Origin: Pseudomonadota bacterium
Lineage (GTDB): Bacteria; Pseudomonadota; Alphaproteobacteria; Rhodospirillales; Magnetospirillaceae
Assembly: GCA_021782815.1 (NCBI GenBank)
Contig: JAJXUO010000009.1
Span: 17,889 to 81,888 of the forward strand
Direction of reading: 5' to 3'
Length of the DNA: 64,000 nucleotides
The notes under the pieces: model-generated
What the model saw: the letters and a program-made list of their open reading frames with translations, nothing else
Told to the model about the DNA's origin: nothing
Database searches by the model: none
Shown here: positions 1-8,510 of the stretch, in pieces
How the letters are laid out: the number at the start of each line of letters is the position of its first letter
How positions within the stretch are numbered: position 1 is the stretch's first letter
Program-made: the position numbers and the translations under genes

Positions 1-109
1 CGCGAGGTGATCCGCCATCACGAGGCGGCGCAACGGCGGTGATCGCCACACGGTCCATGCCTCCGGCGACAAGCCGGACGTGCTGGATGGGGCGAATGCA
101 TGCGGAAGA

Positions 110-514
110 TCAGGACGAGAGGGCCATCACGGCGTCATGCAGAGTGTCGAGCGCCGCCAGGGCCTCGCGCACATCCTCGGCGGTCACGCCCAAGTCGCCT
201 TCCAGATCGGGATAGCGGGTGGCGGTGGCCCAGGGCGTGAGATCGGTCACGGGGGCGACAGCGGCATGCAAGGCTGGAAACAGCGGCTCCACCAGGGCGG
301 CCAAGCGCTGGAGGTCATGGCTCTTGGGAATCGCGGCCCCAGCCGCCACCAGCAGCGCCTTCAGCAGTTTCTCCGCGGCTTGCTGACAGTGATAGGCGGC
401 AGGGTCCAGTAACGGCGGATCATCCCCCAACATCAAAACGGCTGACCGCCGATCCTGCCCGGCCTTCGTCACCCAGCGCAGGGCCTCGGCCCATTGGGGA
501 TCAGTGCCGCTCAT
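110..514 (-). CDS. HEPN domain protein (partner of the adjacent MNT nucleotidyltransferase)
   Basis: Internal ATG at 512-514 of ORF 110..823 gives 134 aa. Helical protein with AEKLLKALL...KSHDLQRL...ATRYPD, typical of HEPN partners of minimal nucleotidyltransferases. Overlaps the upstream MNT gene by 14 nt. The longer N-terminus in the ORF track overlaps MNT in another frame and is rejected. Confidence 0.75.
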   Translation of the reverse strand: MSGTDPQWAEALRWVTKAGQDRRSAVLMLGDDPPLLDPAAYHCQQAAEKLLKALLVAAGAAIPKSHDLQRLAALVEPLFPALHAAVAPVTDLTPWATATRYPDLEGDLGVTAEDVREALAALDTLHDAVMALSS

Positions 515-815
515 AGACCACCACGCCTTCGCGCAGGACGGTATCGGCGAACGAACCGGTAGCGCGGGCCCGTTCCTGCAGGACGCCGGCCCGGCAGGGG
601 ATGATGTCCACCGATCCGGTATAGCCGCGGCGCGCCTCGTTGCGGCGGCGCCAGGACAGCGCCTCGGGAGGCGCGTCGTCGTCCAGAACCACCACGAGAT
701 CAATGTCGCTCTCAGGGCCCGCATCGCCCCGGGCCTGGCTTCCGAACAAAACGACGCGCCGAGGGGCGTAGACCTCGACGATGGTGCGCAGCAGGGGTTC
801 GGGAACGGTTGCCAT
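501..815 (-). CDS. Minimal nucleotidyltransferase (MNT) domain protein
   Basis: Internal ATG at 813-815 of ORF 501..953 gives 104 aa. Carries the GS-x10-DxD motif (LFGSQARGDAGPESDIDLVVVL) of the pol-beta-type nucleotidyltransferase fold. The upstream part of the ORF runs into the tRNA and is rejected. Confidence 0.8.
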   Translation of the reverse strand: MATVPEPLLRTIVEVYAPRRVVLFGSQARGDAGPESDIDLVVVLDDDAPPEALSWRRRNEARRGYTGSVDIIPCRAGVLQERARATGSFADTVLREGVVVYERH

Positions 816-912
816 GGGGGCATGATAACTGAGGGGGGCGATGCTTGCTACCAGGAACGAAAAGCCCCGTCCGAGCAGGCTTTGGCCCGCCCTTCGTGCC
901 GGGCTTTTTTTC

Positions 913-1002
913 TGGCGGATGGGGTGGGATTCGAACCCACGGTGGGCTTGCACCCACGGCGGTTTTCAAGACCGCTGCCTTAAACCACTCGGCCACCCAT
1001 CC
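913..1002 (-). tRNA. tRNA-Ser (anticodon UGA), long variable arm, encoded CCA
   Basis: The reverse complement reads GGATGGG-TG-GCCGAGTGGTTTAAGGC...CTTGAAA (anticodon loop, TGA)...long variable arm...GTGGGTTCGAATCCCAC-CCCATCC-G-CCA. It has a 7-bp acceptor stem and a T-loop GGTTCGAATCC. Confidence 0.9.
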
Positions 1003-1139
1003 GGCTTTTGCGCGCGGCCATGTTTAGCCTGGGCGGCGGGGGAACGCAACCGCCCTCGCATGGCGGTGTTGTGGAAATCAGGCATTGTTTCATCGGTAAA
1101 AAGGCGCATGGTGTCTGACCTTGAAGTCAGGAGAGGTTC

Positions 1140-1466
1140 ATGGCCAGGCACGTGGAGGGCGAGGGCGCCGAAAAAGCCCGGATTTTAAGGGCGTTCGCCT
1201 TTCAGGTGCATCGCAAGCAGCCCCTCGACGCGGTGGTGCTGGACTTTATCGAGCAGGAATTGCAGCGCGGGCGGCGCAAGGAATTCCGCCCCGCCGCCGA
1301 GGCTTTCAATGCCGAGGGGGTGACGGCGGCCATGGTGGCGCTGGGGCTGCTGGGCGGCGAGGGCGCCGCCCTGTTCCGGGTGCTGTCCGACGAGCTGCGC
1401 GATCACCGTCTGTTGTCTAACGTGCTGGAATCTTTGGCCGCCTACCACGAGGCCGAAGCCGCTTAG
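1140..1466 (+). CDS. Hypothetical protein (108 aa)
   Basis: ATG-initiated ORF with strong G/C third-position bias. No recognisable domain. The competing antisense ORF 1185..1580 is Arg/Gly/Ala-rich shadow. Confidence 0.5.
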   Translation: MARHVEGEGAEKARILRAFAFQVHRKQPLDAVVLDFIEQELQRGRRKEFRPAAEAFNAEGVTAAMVALGLLGGEGAALFRVLSDELRDHRLLSNVLESLAAYHEAEAA

Positions 1467-1468
1467 GA

Positions 1469-2017
1469 TCAGCGTAGAAACAGCAGCACCCCGGCCATGA
1501 AGCCGAGAACGGCGGCGGCGGGCAACAGCAGGGCCATTTTGCGCCGGGTGCGCTCGTGTTGCTGCTGTTCGTGATGCCATTGCGCCTGGAAGCCGCCCGA
1601 TACCACCCCCACCGAGGCGGCCTGCAGGAAATCGTTGAAGAAGATGCCGTCGAAGGCCCAGGGGGTGAAGCGGCCGTCGTAATATTCGTAGATCACCAGA
1701 TTGATGCCCACGTTCTGGTCGGCGTGAATGTCGGACTGCCAGCGCTCCACCACGCCCGAACGCTTTTCCTTTTCGCTGCGCACGCCGATGGCCTCGAAGG
1801 TGTAAAGGCCGCCCCGGAACAGGAATTCCCGGGTTTTCGGCCGCGCCTGGGGCGGCGGCGCCTCGGGCTCCGGCGTCGGGCGGTCGTCCACCACCCTCAA
1901 GGTGGAGGGGCGGGTGCGCAGCAGCGCCTCGATGGCCTTGGTGCGCTCCTGCATGCGGTCCTGCTGCGGCACCAGTTCCGCTGTGCCCGTCCAGTCGTCG
2001 TTCTCGTCCGCGCTCAT
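1469..2017 (-). CDS. Hypothetical protein with C-terminal transmembrane anchor (182 aa)
   Basis: Acidic N-terminus, Pro-rich linker, globular core and a C-terminal hydrophobic helix (MALLLPAAAVLGFMAGVLLFL). Codon bias is good. No family recognised. Confidence 0.55.
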   Translation of the reverse strand: MSADENDDWTGTAELVPQQDRMQERTKAIEALLRTRPSTLRVVDDRPTPEPEAPPPQARPKTREFLFRGGLYTFEAIGVRSEKEKRSGVVERWQSDIHADQNVGINLVIYEYYDGRFTPWAFDGIFFNDFLQAASVGVVSGGFQAQWHHEQQQHERTRRKMALLLPAAAVLGFMAGVLLFLR

Positions 2018-2120
2018 GGCGTCATCCCAGTTCTAGATCCTCGCCGGATCAGGATAACAAGAGCTGGGGGCGGGGACCAGCACTTGCCCCCGGCGGCGGC
2101 AAAGAGTAAAGCTCTAGGCC

Positions 2121-2939
2121 ATGGTGTATCTGCTGTCAAAGATCGTCGGCGCCGTGCTGACGCCGGGTTTCGTTCTGCTGGTGGTGCTGCTGGTGGGCAG
2201 CGGCCTGCTGTGGATGCGCCGGTCCTGGCGCAGCGGACGGCTGCTGCTGTCGGGAGCGGCGCTGTTCCTGCTGGTGCTGGCGGTCCTGCCCACCGACGAG
2301 CTTCTGCTGGCGCCGCTGGAGAACCGTTTTCCCGCCAATCCGCCGCTGCCCCATCATGTGGACGGCATCATCATTCTGGGCGGCGCCATCAACCAGACCA
2401 TCAGCAGCGCGCGCGGCCAGATCAATCTGACCGACGCCGCCGAGCGCCTGCTGGAAGGGGCCCGGCTGGCGCGGCTTTATCCCGAGGCCCGGGTGGTGTT
2501 CACCGGCGGCGCCTCCGATCCCTTCAATCAGACACTGCGGGAAGCGCCCTACGCCGTGCGCGAACTGGAGGATCTGGGGGTGGCGGCCGACCGTCTGGTG
2601 GTGGAGGACGCCTCGCGCAACACCTTCGAGAACGCCGTATTCACCCAGCGTCTGATGCAGCCGAAAAAAGGCCAGGTGTGGGTTCTGGTCACCTCGGCCA
2701 GCCACATGGCCCGCGCCGTGGGGGTGTTCCGGTCCGTCAACTGGCCGGTGATCCCCTGGCCGGTGAACTATTTCACCCCGTCGCGGCCGCTGTTCGGCAG
2801 CCTTGACATGCTGGTGGAGAATATGCGGATTTTGTCCCTGGCCTTGCATGAATGGGGCGGCTTGCTGTTCTACCGCCTGTCGGGCTGGACCGACGCCCTG
2901 TTTCCGGAACCCGAGAAGGCGGCGAAAGTTGGAAAATAG
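2121..2939 (+). CDS. YdcF/ElyC-like DUF218 family membrane protein
   Basis: N-terminal TM helices followed by DGIIILGGA...VFTGG...DASRNTFENA...VLVTSASHMARA, the characteristic DUF218 pattern. Confidence 0.8.
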   Translation: MVYLLSKIVGAVLTPGFVLLVVLLVGSGLLWMRRSWRSGRLLLSGAALFLLVLAVLPTDELLLAPLENRFPANPPLPHHVDGIIILGGAINQTISSARGQINLTDAAERLLEGARLARLYPEARVVFTGGASDPFNQTLREAPYAVRELEDLGVAADRLVVEDASRNTFENAVFTQRLMQPKKGQVWVLVTSASHMARAVGVFRSVNWPVIPWPVNYFTPSRPLFGSLDMLVENMRILSLALHEWGGLLFYRLSGWTDALFPEPEKAAKVGK

Positions 2940-2940
2940 C

Positions 2941-3936
2941 GTGAAATCTGTTCTGGTCCTGCTGGCTCTTGTGCTGCTTGCCCTGGGCGCCGGTCCGGCC
3001 CGGGCCGCCGATAAACCGGACTTTTCCGCCTGGCTGACGGCCTTCCGCGCCGAGGCCGCCGATCGCGGCATCCGCCCCGAGGTGCTGGATGCCGCCCTGA
3101 CCGGCTTGAAGCCCATCGACCGCGTGCTGGAACTGGATCACCGCCAGCCGGAATTCACCCTGACCTTCGATCAATATCTGTCGCGCGTGGTGTCGCCGCG
3201 CCGGGTGGCGCGCGGCCGGCGGATGATGGCGCGCAACCGCGCCCTGCTGCGGGCGGTGTCGCGCCGTTACGGCGTGCCCGCCGCCAATATCGCCGCCATG
3301 TGGGGCATCGAAACCGATTTCGGCCGCCTGACCGGCGGTTTTCCGGTGGTGCCGGCCCTGGCCACTCTGGCCTATGACGGGCGGCGCAGCCACTATTTCC
3401 GCGGCGAGCTGCTGAACGCCCTTACCATGGTCAATCGCGGCCTGGCGCCGCTGCCGCGCCTGCGCGGCTCGTGGGCCGGGGCCATGGGGCAGTGCCAGTT
3501 CATGCCCTCCACCTATCTGCATTATGCCCGCGCCTGGCGCGGCGGCCCCAGCCCGGATATCTGGAACGACCGCGCCGACGTCTTCGCCTCGGCGGCCAAT
3601 TATCTGTCGCAGCTGGGTTGGGACCCGCATCAGCGCTGGGGGCGGGCGGTGCGGTTGCCGGCGCGCGGCATTTCCCCCACCCTGGTGGGGCTGGAGGTGC
3701 GCCACAGCCTGACGGAATGGCGCAAGCTGGGCCTGCGCCAGGCCAACGGCAAGCCCCTGCCGCGCGGCCGCATGATGGCCTCGCTGATCCGTGCCGGCGG
3801 CGGCCAGGCCGACGGCACCCACAGCGGCCCGCCCTATCTGGTTTATGATAATTTCCGCGTCATCATGAAATGGAACCGCTCGGTGTTCTTCGCGCTGGCC
3901 GCCGGAACCCTTGCCGACCGTTTGGCCAGCCGTTAA
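2941..3936 (+). CDS. Lytic murein transglycosylase (MltB family)
   Basis: GTG at 2941, directly after the ydcF-like stop. Signal peptide VKSVLVLLALVLLALGAGPARA. Motifs MWGIETDFG, AYDGRRSHYF, GAMGQCQFMPSTY. Confidence 0.85.
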   Translation: MKSVLVLLALVLLALGAGPARAADKPDFSAWLTAFRAEAADRGIRPEVLDAALTGLKPIDRVLELDHRQPEFTLTFDQYLSRVVSPRRVARGRRMMARNRALLRAVSRRYGVPAANIAAMWGIETDFGRLTGGFPVVPALATLAYDGRRSHYFRGELLNALTMVNRGLAPLPRLRGSWAGAMGQCQFMPSTYLHYARAWRGGPSPDIWNDRADVFASAANYLSQLGWDPHQRWGRAVRLPARGISPTLVGLEVRHSLTEWRKLGLRQANGKPLPRGRMMASLIRAGGGQADGTHSGPPYLVYDNFRVIMKWNRSVFFALAAGTLADRLASR

Positions 3937-3942
3937 GGGGGG

Positions 3943-4920
3943 ATGATGCGACGACGCCGTACCCTACCGCGTTTCAAATCTCCGAGCCGCGTGCTGGTGG
4001 TGTTGGCGGGCTGCGCCCTTCTCGGGGCCTGCGCCAGCCAGCCCGATATCTATCAGGTGCAGAACGCCGCGCCGATGGGCGCGCATGGCGGCGTCTACAA
4101 GATCGGCAAGCCCTATCAGATCGACGGCGTCTGGTACTACCCCTCGGACGATTACGATTACGATGAAACCGGCATCGCCTCGTGGTACGGGCCGCATTTC
4201 AACAAGCAATACACCGCTAACGGCGAACGGTTCGATCAGAACGAGGTGACGGCGGCGCACCGCACCCTGCCCATGCCCAGTTTCGTGCGCGTCACCAATC
4301 TCGATAACGGCCGTTCGCTGGTGGTGCGCATCAATGATCGCGGGCCGTTCACCCATGGCCGCATTCTCGATCTGTCGCGCCGGGCCGCCCAGCTTCTGGG
4401 CATGGAAGGCGCCGGCACGGCACGGGTGCGGGTGCAGATCATGGCCGATGAAAGCCGCCAGATCGCCATGCAGATGACCAGCGGCCAGATGCTGGCCGAC
4501 GCCCCGCCGGTTTCGGCGGCGCCGCGCGCCAGCGTGATGGCGGAAAGCCTGCCGCCGCCCGGCGTGGCCGCGGCCCCGCAACCGATCGTTCGCGAGGCGC
4601 CGAAACCGCCTCCCGCCGCCGTGGCCCAGGATCCGGCGGTCAGCCCCGCCGCTCTGGTCCATCAGACGGTGGCGCAAGAGGCGCCCAATCCCGGCCATCT
4701 CTTCATCCAGGCCGGAGCCTTCCAGCGTTATACCAACGCCAACCGCCTGAATGCCGCCCTGCAAGCCTTCGGTCAAAGCGCCATCACCCAGGTGCAAACC
4801 AAGGAGGGCACCCTGTTCCGCGTGCGCCTGGGACCGTTCAGCGACATGCACGATGCCGACGCCCTGCTGGAAACCGTCATCAAATCGGGATATCCCGACG
4901 CCAAACTGGTCGTGGACTAG
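3943..4920 (+). CDS. rlpA: Septal ring lytic transglycosylase RlpA family lipoprotein with C-terminal SPOR domain
   Basis: Lipobox LLGAC. DPBB core ASWYGPHFNKQYTANGERFDQNEVTAAHRTLPMPSFVRVTNLDNGRSLVVRINDRGPF. C-terminal SPOR-like FIQAGAF...FRVRLGPF. Confidence 0.9.
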   Translation: MMRRRRTLPRFKSPSRVLVVLAGCALLGACASQPDIYQVQNAAPMGAHGGVYKIGKPYQIDGVWYYPSDDYDYDETGIASWYGPHFNKQYTANGERFDQNEVTAAHRTLPMPSFVRVTNLDNGRSLVVRINDRGPFTHGRILDLSRRAAQLLGMEGAGTARVRVQIMADESRQIAMQMTSGQMLADAPPVSAAPRASVMAESLPPPGVAAAPQPIVREAPKPPPAAVAQDPAVSPAALVHQTVAQEAPNPGHLFIQAGAFQRYTNANRLNAALQAFGQSAITQVQTKEGTLFRVRLGPFSDMHDADALLETVIKSGYPDAKLVVD

Positions 4921-4962
4921 GAAGATCACCGTCTTTCCGTCCGCGTCATTCAACCGAGGACC

Positions 4963-6168
4963 ATGCCGACCATGTCATTGCTTCCGTTCCGTCGTTCCGT
5001 GGCCGCCTGCGCCGCCGCTCTGGCCCTGCTGACAGGGGTGTCCGCCTCGGCGGAAACCATCGAAACCCAGGCACGCCAGGCCATCATCGTCGATTACAAC
5101 ACCGGCGCGGTGCTGCTGGACAAGAATGCCGACCAGTTGATGACCCCGTCGTCCATGAGCAAGCTGATGACCGTCTACATGGTGTTCTCGCGCCTGAAGG
5201 ACGGCAGCCTGAAGATGTCGGACAAGCTGCAGGTCAGCGATACCGCCTGGCGCAAGCATTACCGCTCCGACGGCTCGATGATGTTCCTGCCGCTGCATGC
5301 CCAGGTCACCATTTCCGATCTTCTGCACGGCGTCATCGTCCAGTCGGGCAACGATGCCTGCTCGGTGCTGGCCGAGGGGCTGGCCGGCAGCGAGGACGCC
5401 TTCGCCGCCGAGGAAACCCGCAAGGCCCGCGAGATCGGTCTGACCAAGTCCACCTTCCGCAACGCCAGCGGCCTGCCCGAACCGGGCCATCAGATGACGG
5501 CGCGCGATCTGTCCACCCTGGCCCGTATCCTCATCAGCCAGTTCCCGCAGTATTACGAGATTTTTTCCGAGAAGAACTTCACCTTCAACAACATCAAACA
5601 GGATAACCGCAACCCGCTGATCTGGGAGAACATCCAGGGCGCCGACGGCCTGAAGACCGGCCATACCGAAGACGGCGGCTTTGGTCTGGTGGGTTCGGTG
5701 CTGCGCAATGGCCGCCGCGTCATCCTGGTGATGAACGGCCTGCCCACCAACAAGGCCCGCACCGAGGAATCCGATCGCCTGATCGAGTGGGCCTTCCGCG
5801 AATTCGGCGATTACGCCCTGTTCAAGGCCGGCGACAAGGTGACCGACGCCAATGTCTGGCTGGGGCAGAGCGCCACCGTGCCGCTGGTGGTGGGCACGTC
5901 GCTGGAGGCGACCATGCCGCGCTCGGCGCGCGACGAAATGAAGGTGGTGGCCTCCTATAACGGCCCCATCGCCGCCCCCATCCGCAAGGGCCAGACCGTG
6001 GGCGAGGTGATCATCACCGCCCCCGGCATGGCCGATCTGCACGTGCCGCTGCTGGCGGGGGCCGATGTGGCCAAACTGGGCTTCTTCGGCCGCATGGGGG
6101 CCGCCCTGCACGGGCTGGTGTTCGGCGCGCCCAAGCCCGCCGACACCACGGCGGCGGTGAAGGGCTGA
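4963..6168 (+). CDS. D-alanyl-D-alanine carboxypeptidase (PBP5/6 class)
   Basis: Signal peptide, then SxxK (SMSKLMT), SxN (QSGND) and KTG (LKTGHT) motifs. Confidence 0.9.
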   Translation: MPTMSLLPFRRSVAACAAALALLTGVSASAETIETQARQAIIVDYNTGAVLLDKNADQLMTPSSMSKLMTVYMVFSRLKDGSLKMSDKLQVSDTAWRKHYRSDGSMMFLPLHAQVTISDLLHGVIVQSGNDACSVLAEGLAGSEDAFAAEETRKAREIGLTKSTFRNASGLPEPGHQMTARDLSTLARILISQFPQYYEIFSEKNFTFNNIKQDNRNPLIWENIQGADGLKTGHTEDGGFGLVGSVLRNGRRVILVMNGLPTNKARTEESDRLIEWAFREFGDYALFKAGDKVTDANVWLGQSATVPLVVGTSLEATMPRSARDEMKVVASYNGPIAAPIRKGQTVGEVIITAPGMADLHVPLLAGADVAKLGFFGRMGAALHGLVFGAPKPADTTAAVKG

Positions 6169-6179
6169 GATAAGGCGCC

Positions 6180-6818
6180 ATGAGCGGACGCTTCATCACC
6201 TTTGAAGGCGGGGAGGGGGCGGGGAAATCCACCCAGCTCCGCCTGCTGGCCGATGCCTTGCGGGGCGCCGGGATCGACGTGCTGGCCACGCGCGAACCCG
6301 GCGGTTCGCAAGGCGCCGAGGATATCCGCCGCCTGCTGGTGGAAGGCGAACCGGGCCGGTGGGACGCCACCACCGAAATCCTGCTGCATTACGCCGCCCG
6401 GCGCGATCATCTGGTGCGCACGGTGTGGCCGGCCTTGAGCGCCGGCCGCTGGGTGCTCTCGGACCGCTTCGCCGATTCCACCGAGGCCTATCAGGGGCGG
6501 GGTCATGGCCTGCCCCGCCACGCCATCGAACAGCTTTACCAGCTGGTGGTGGGGGCCTTCGCCCCCGATCTCACCCTGATCCTTGATCTGCCGGTGGAGG
6601 AGGGCTTGCGCCGCGCCGCCGGACGGGGCGGCCTCGAGGACCGCTACGAGCGCATGGGGCTGGAGTTCCATCAGCGCCTGCGCCAGGGGTTTCTCGAGAT
6701 CGCCAAGGCGCAGCCCCGGCGTTGCGTGGTGATTTCGGCGGCAGCGGCGGCGGAAGAGGTGCATGCGGCGGTTTTGCGCGTTGTGCGTGAACGCTTCGGC
6801 GCGGTTGTGCCCGCATAG
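6180..6818 (+). CDS. tmk: Thymidylate kinase
   Basis: MSGRFITFEGGEGAGKSTQ P-loop, TREPGG, and DRFADSTEAYQG. Confidence 0.95.
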   Translation: MSGRFITFEGGEGAGKSTQLRLLADALRGAGIDVLATREPGGSQGAEDIRRLLVEGEPGRWDATTEILLHYAARRDHLVRTVWPALSAGRWVLSDRFADSTEAYQGRGHGLPRHAIEQLYQLVVGAFAPDLTLILDLPVEEGLRRAAGRGGLEDRYERMGLEFHQRLRQGFLEIAKAQPRRCVVISAAAAAEEVHAAVLRVVRERFGAVVPA

Positions 6819-6966
6819 CGGGCGGCATTCGCGACAACCGACATATTTTGTGTGAAGGGTTTGAAAAATATAAGGAATTTCGAGATGGTGCCGTACATTC
6901 CCTGGTGAGGGGACGGCCGGATTGTTAGGATGGGCTGGGGTAGGATCTCAGGAGGGGATAAGCGGC

Positions 6967-7398
6967 ATGCCAATCGTGTGGCGCGAGCAAATGAGTGTCG
7001 GCATCAAGTCGATCGATGAGGATCACCAGAGGCTGATCGCCCTGGTCAATCAGTTCGCCGACATCATCCGTCAGGGCGGCGGCGGATTGGGCGGACAGAG
7101 CGAAGGGGCGGTGCGAACCCTGTTGGGGCGGCTGCAGGCCTATACCAACGAGCATTTCGCCCGCGAGGAACGCATTCAGGATCAGGCGAACTATCCCGGC
7201 CTCAAGGAGAACCGCACACATCACGCGGCCCTTATCGTCGAATTGAACCGCAAGATCGAACGCTACGCCGCCGGCGCAAAGGCCGAGAAACAGCTGACCG
7301 GCGAGGAACTGTCGGCCTTCCTCAATAGTTGGCTGGTGGAGCATATCATCAAGGTGGATCTGAAAATGAAGGCCCACAAATTTTCCGGTGTGTGGTGA
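6967..7398 (+). CDS. Bacteriohemerythrin (single-domain, 143 aa)
   Basis: ATG at 6967 preceded by GGAGGGG. Contains IDEDHQRLI, HFAREE, NRTHH and WLVEHIIKVD iron-ligand motifs. The upstream TTG-initiated extension in the ORF track is not needed. Confidence 0.85.
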   Translation: MPIVWREQMSVGIKSIDEDHQRLIALVNQFADIIRQGGGGLGGQSEGAVRTLLGRLQAYTNEHFAREERIQDQANYPGLKENRTHHAALIVELNRKIERYAAGAKAEKQLTGEELSAFLNSWLVEHIIKVDLKMKAHKFSGVW

Positions 7399-8486
7399 AC
7401 GAGGGCGACGACGCCCCCCTCTCTCCGCGCCTGCAAACCGGGCTGATCGGGCACGAGGCGGCCGAGGCGGCCTTTCTTGAGGCCTGGAGCGCCGGACGGC
7501 TGGCCCATGCCTGGCTGATCTCCGGTCCGCGCGGCATCGGCAAGGCCACCCTGGCCTATCGCATCGCCCGTTTCGTGCTGGCGGGCGGCGGCGGCAGCGG
7601 CGGGCTGTTCGGCGATGTGCCGCAAAACCTGGAGATCTCTCCCGACAGTCAGGTGTTCCGCCGCGTGGCCATGGGCGGCCATGCCGATCTCAAGGTCCTG
7701 GAACGGGGATGGGCCGACGATAAGAAAACCCGGATGCGCGGCGAAATCCCGGTGGCCGACGTGCGCGAGGTGGGCGGTTTCCTGTCGCTGACCCCGGCGG
7801 AGGGCGGCTGGCGCGTGGTGATCGTGGATGCCGCCGACGAAATGAACCGCTCCTCGGCCAATGCCATTCTGAAGGTGCTGGAGGAGCCGCCGCGCAACGC
7901 CCTGTTGCTGCTGCTGGCGCACAGCCCCGGCCGTTTGCTGCCCACCATCCGCTCGCGCTGCCGCCGTCTGACGTTGCGGCCCCTGGCCGACGATCAGGTG
8001 GAACTGCTGCTGCGCCGCCACCGCCCCGATCTCGAGGCCGGCGATGCCGCCGCCCTGGCCCGGCTGGCCGAGGGCAGCATCGGCAAGGCCCTGGGGCTGG
8101 CCGAGGCGGGCGGCCTGCCGCTTTACCGCGACATGGTGGGATTTTTCAACGCCCTGCCGCGTCTCGACGTGCCGGCGCTGCATCAGTTCTGCGAGGCGGC
8201 GGCCAAGGCCGACGGCGCTTTCCGCACGGTGACCGAGCTGTTTTCCTGGTGGCTTGCCCGCGCCGCCGCCCAGGCCGGGCGGGCAGGGGCGGGGGCCGCG
8301 TCCGAGGCGGTTCCGGGCGAGGCAGGGTTGCAATCCCGCCTGGTGAGGGTTGCCGGCCTTGATCGCTGGGTCGAGCTGTGGGAAAAAACCAGGGATCTGT
8401 TCAGCCGCGCCGATGCCGTCAATCTCGATCGCAAACAGGTGTTGCTGAACGCTTTTTTCGCCGTGGAACGGTGCTGCCGTCCGTAA
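7392..8486 (+). CDS. holB: DNA polymerase III subunit delta prime
   Basis: LIGHEAAEAAFLEAWSAGRLAHAWLISGPRGIGKATLAYRIARFVL followed by an AAA+ clamp-loader fold. Start placed at GTG 7392/7395, overlapping the hemerythrin stop; the exact start is uncertain. Confidence 0.85.
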   Translation: MVNEGDDAPLSPRLQTGLIGHEAAEAAFLEAWSAGRLAHAWLISGPRGIGKATLAYRIARFVLAGGGGSGGLFGDVPQNLEISPDSQVFRRVAMGGHADLKVLERGWADDKKTRMRGEIPVADVREVGGFLSLTPAEGGWRVVIVDAADEMNRSSANAILKVLEEPPRNALLLLLAHSPGRLLPTIRSRCRRLTLRPLADDQVELLLRRHRPDLEAGDAAALARLAEGSIGKALGLAEAGGLPLYRDMVGFFNALPRLDVPALHQFCEAAAKADGAFRTVTELFSWWLARAAAQAGRAGAGAASEAVPGEAGLQSRLVRVAGLDRWVELWEKTRDLFSRADAVNLDRKQVLLNAFFAVERCCRP

Positions 8487-8510
8487 CCGGTTTTTCGTTG
8501 GAGAACGTCG

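Noticed and set aside
1-109. Possible 3' end of a plus-strand gene (frame 1 stop at 40-42).
   Set aside because: Too short to assess; no feature is reported.
6861-6874. FNR-box-like TTGAA-AAAT-ATAAG upstream of the hemerythrin gene.
   Set aside because: Only about 7 of 10 consensus positions match, and it lies in AT-rich DNA where such matches arise by chance. It is mentioned only as context.
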